DNA of 63,766 nt, the filler included, from Octopus bimaculoides (taxonomy: Eukaryota): assembly GCF_001194135.2 (NCBI RefSeq). It is 6 parts of 6 records of this genome, joined end to end, with 100 filler letters (N's around TTAATTAATTAA, not from the genome) between each part and the next. Parts side by side here need not be neighbours in the genome. Positions count along the whole stretch, not along the records: positions 60,151 to 63,766 come from NC_068990.1; 5 more parts are not named here. One strand, 5' to 3'. Shown here piece after piece: positions 63,661 to 63,766 of this stretch (position 1 is the first letter of the stretch; every line of letters starts with the position of its first letter). The translations under genes were made by a program, and so were the position numbers. The notes beneath the pieces are model-generated. The model saw nothing but the letters and a program-made list of their open reading frames with translations, made no database searches and had not been told where the DNA came from.

Positions 63661-63766
63661 AGTATGCGCTGGTTATATATATATAGTATCTCTATACTAT
63701 ATATATATATATAATAATACTAATAATAATAATAATGATAATAATAATAATAATAATAATAATAAT

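Overview
Eukaryotic, AT-rich, microsatellite-saturated DNA with about 22 assembly gaps (about 5.8 kb of N by manual count). Five gaps are 100-bp joins of the form N44-TTAATTAATTAA-N44. The SINE families and repeat style suggest an octopus genome; this is inference, no search was run. I cannot support any intact host protein-coding gene, true tRNA/rRNA gene or CRISPR array. The long ORFs in the track are microsatellite or N-gap artefacts, or transposon remnants. The window is a transposon graveyard: R4/Dong-like restriction-like-endonuclease (RLE) retrotransposon fragments, Tx1/L1, RTE, CR1-like and probable Penelope remnants, a decayed mariner, mariner and hAT MITEs, and more than 30 tRNA-derived SINE copies from several families. 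Best leads: (1) a set of diverged RLE retroelements sitting in simple-repeat tracts, including a family flanked on both sides by (CATA)n and a 555-bp non-coding element flanked by (AAT)n, with three copies sharing a covarying 3' UTR hairpin; (2) a full-length SINE with a perfect 12-bp target-site duplication (TSD) whose tail matches the Tx1 LINE 3' end found in the same window; (3) modular head/body/tail shuffling among SINEs; (4) a sharp CpG-depletion step near 60.5 kb, suggesting the edge of a methylated (gene-body) domain. Element boundaries were read by eye and are approximate unless a TSD or terminal inverted repeat (TIR) is quoted.
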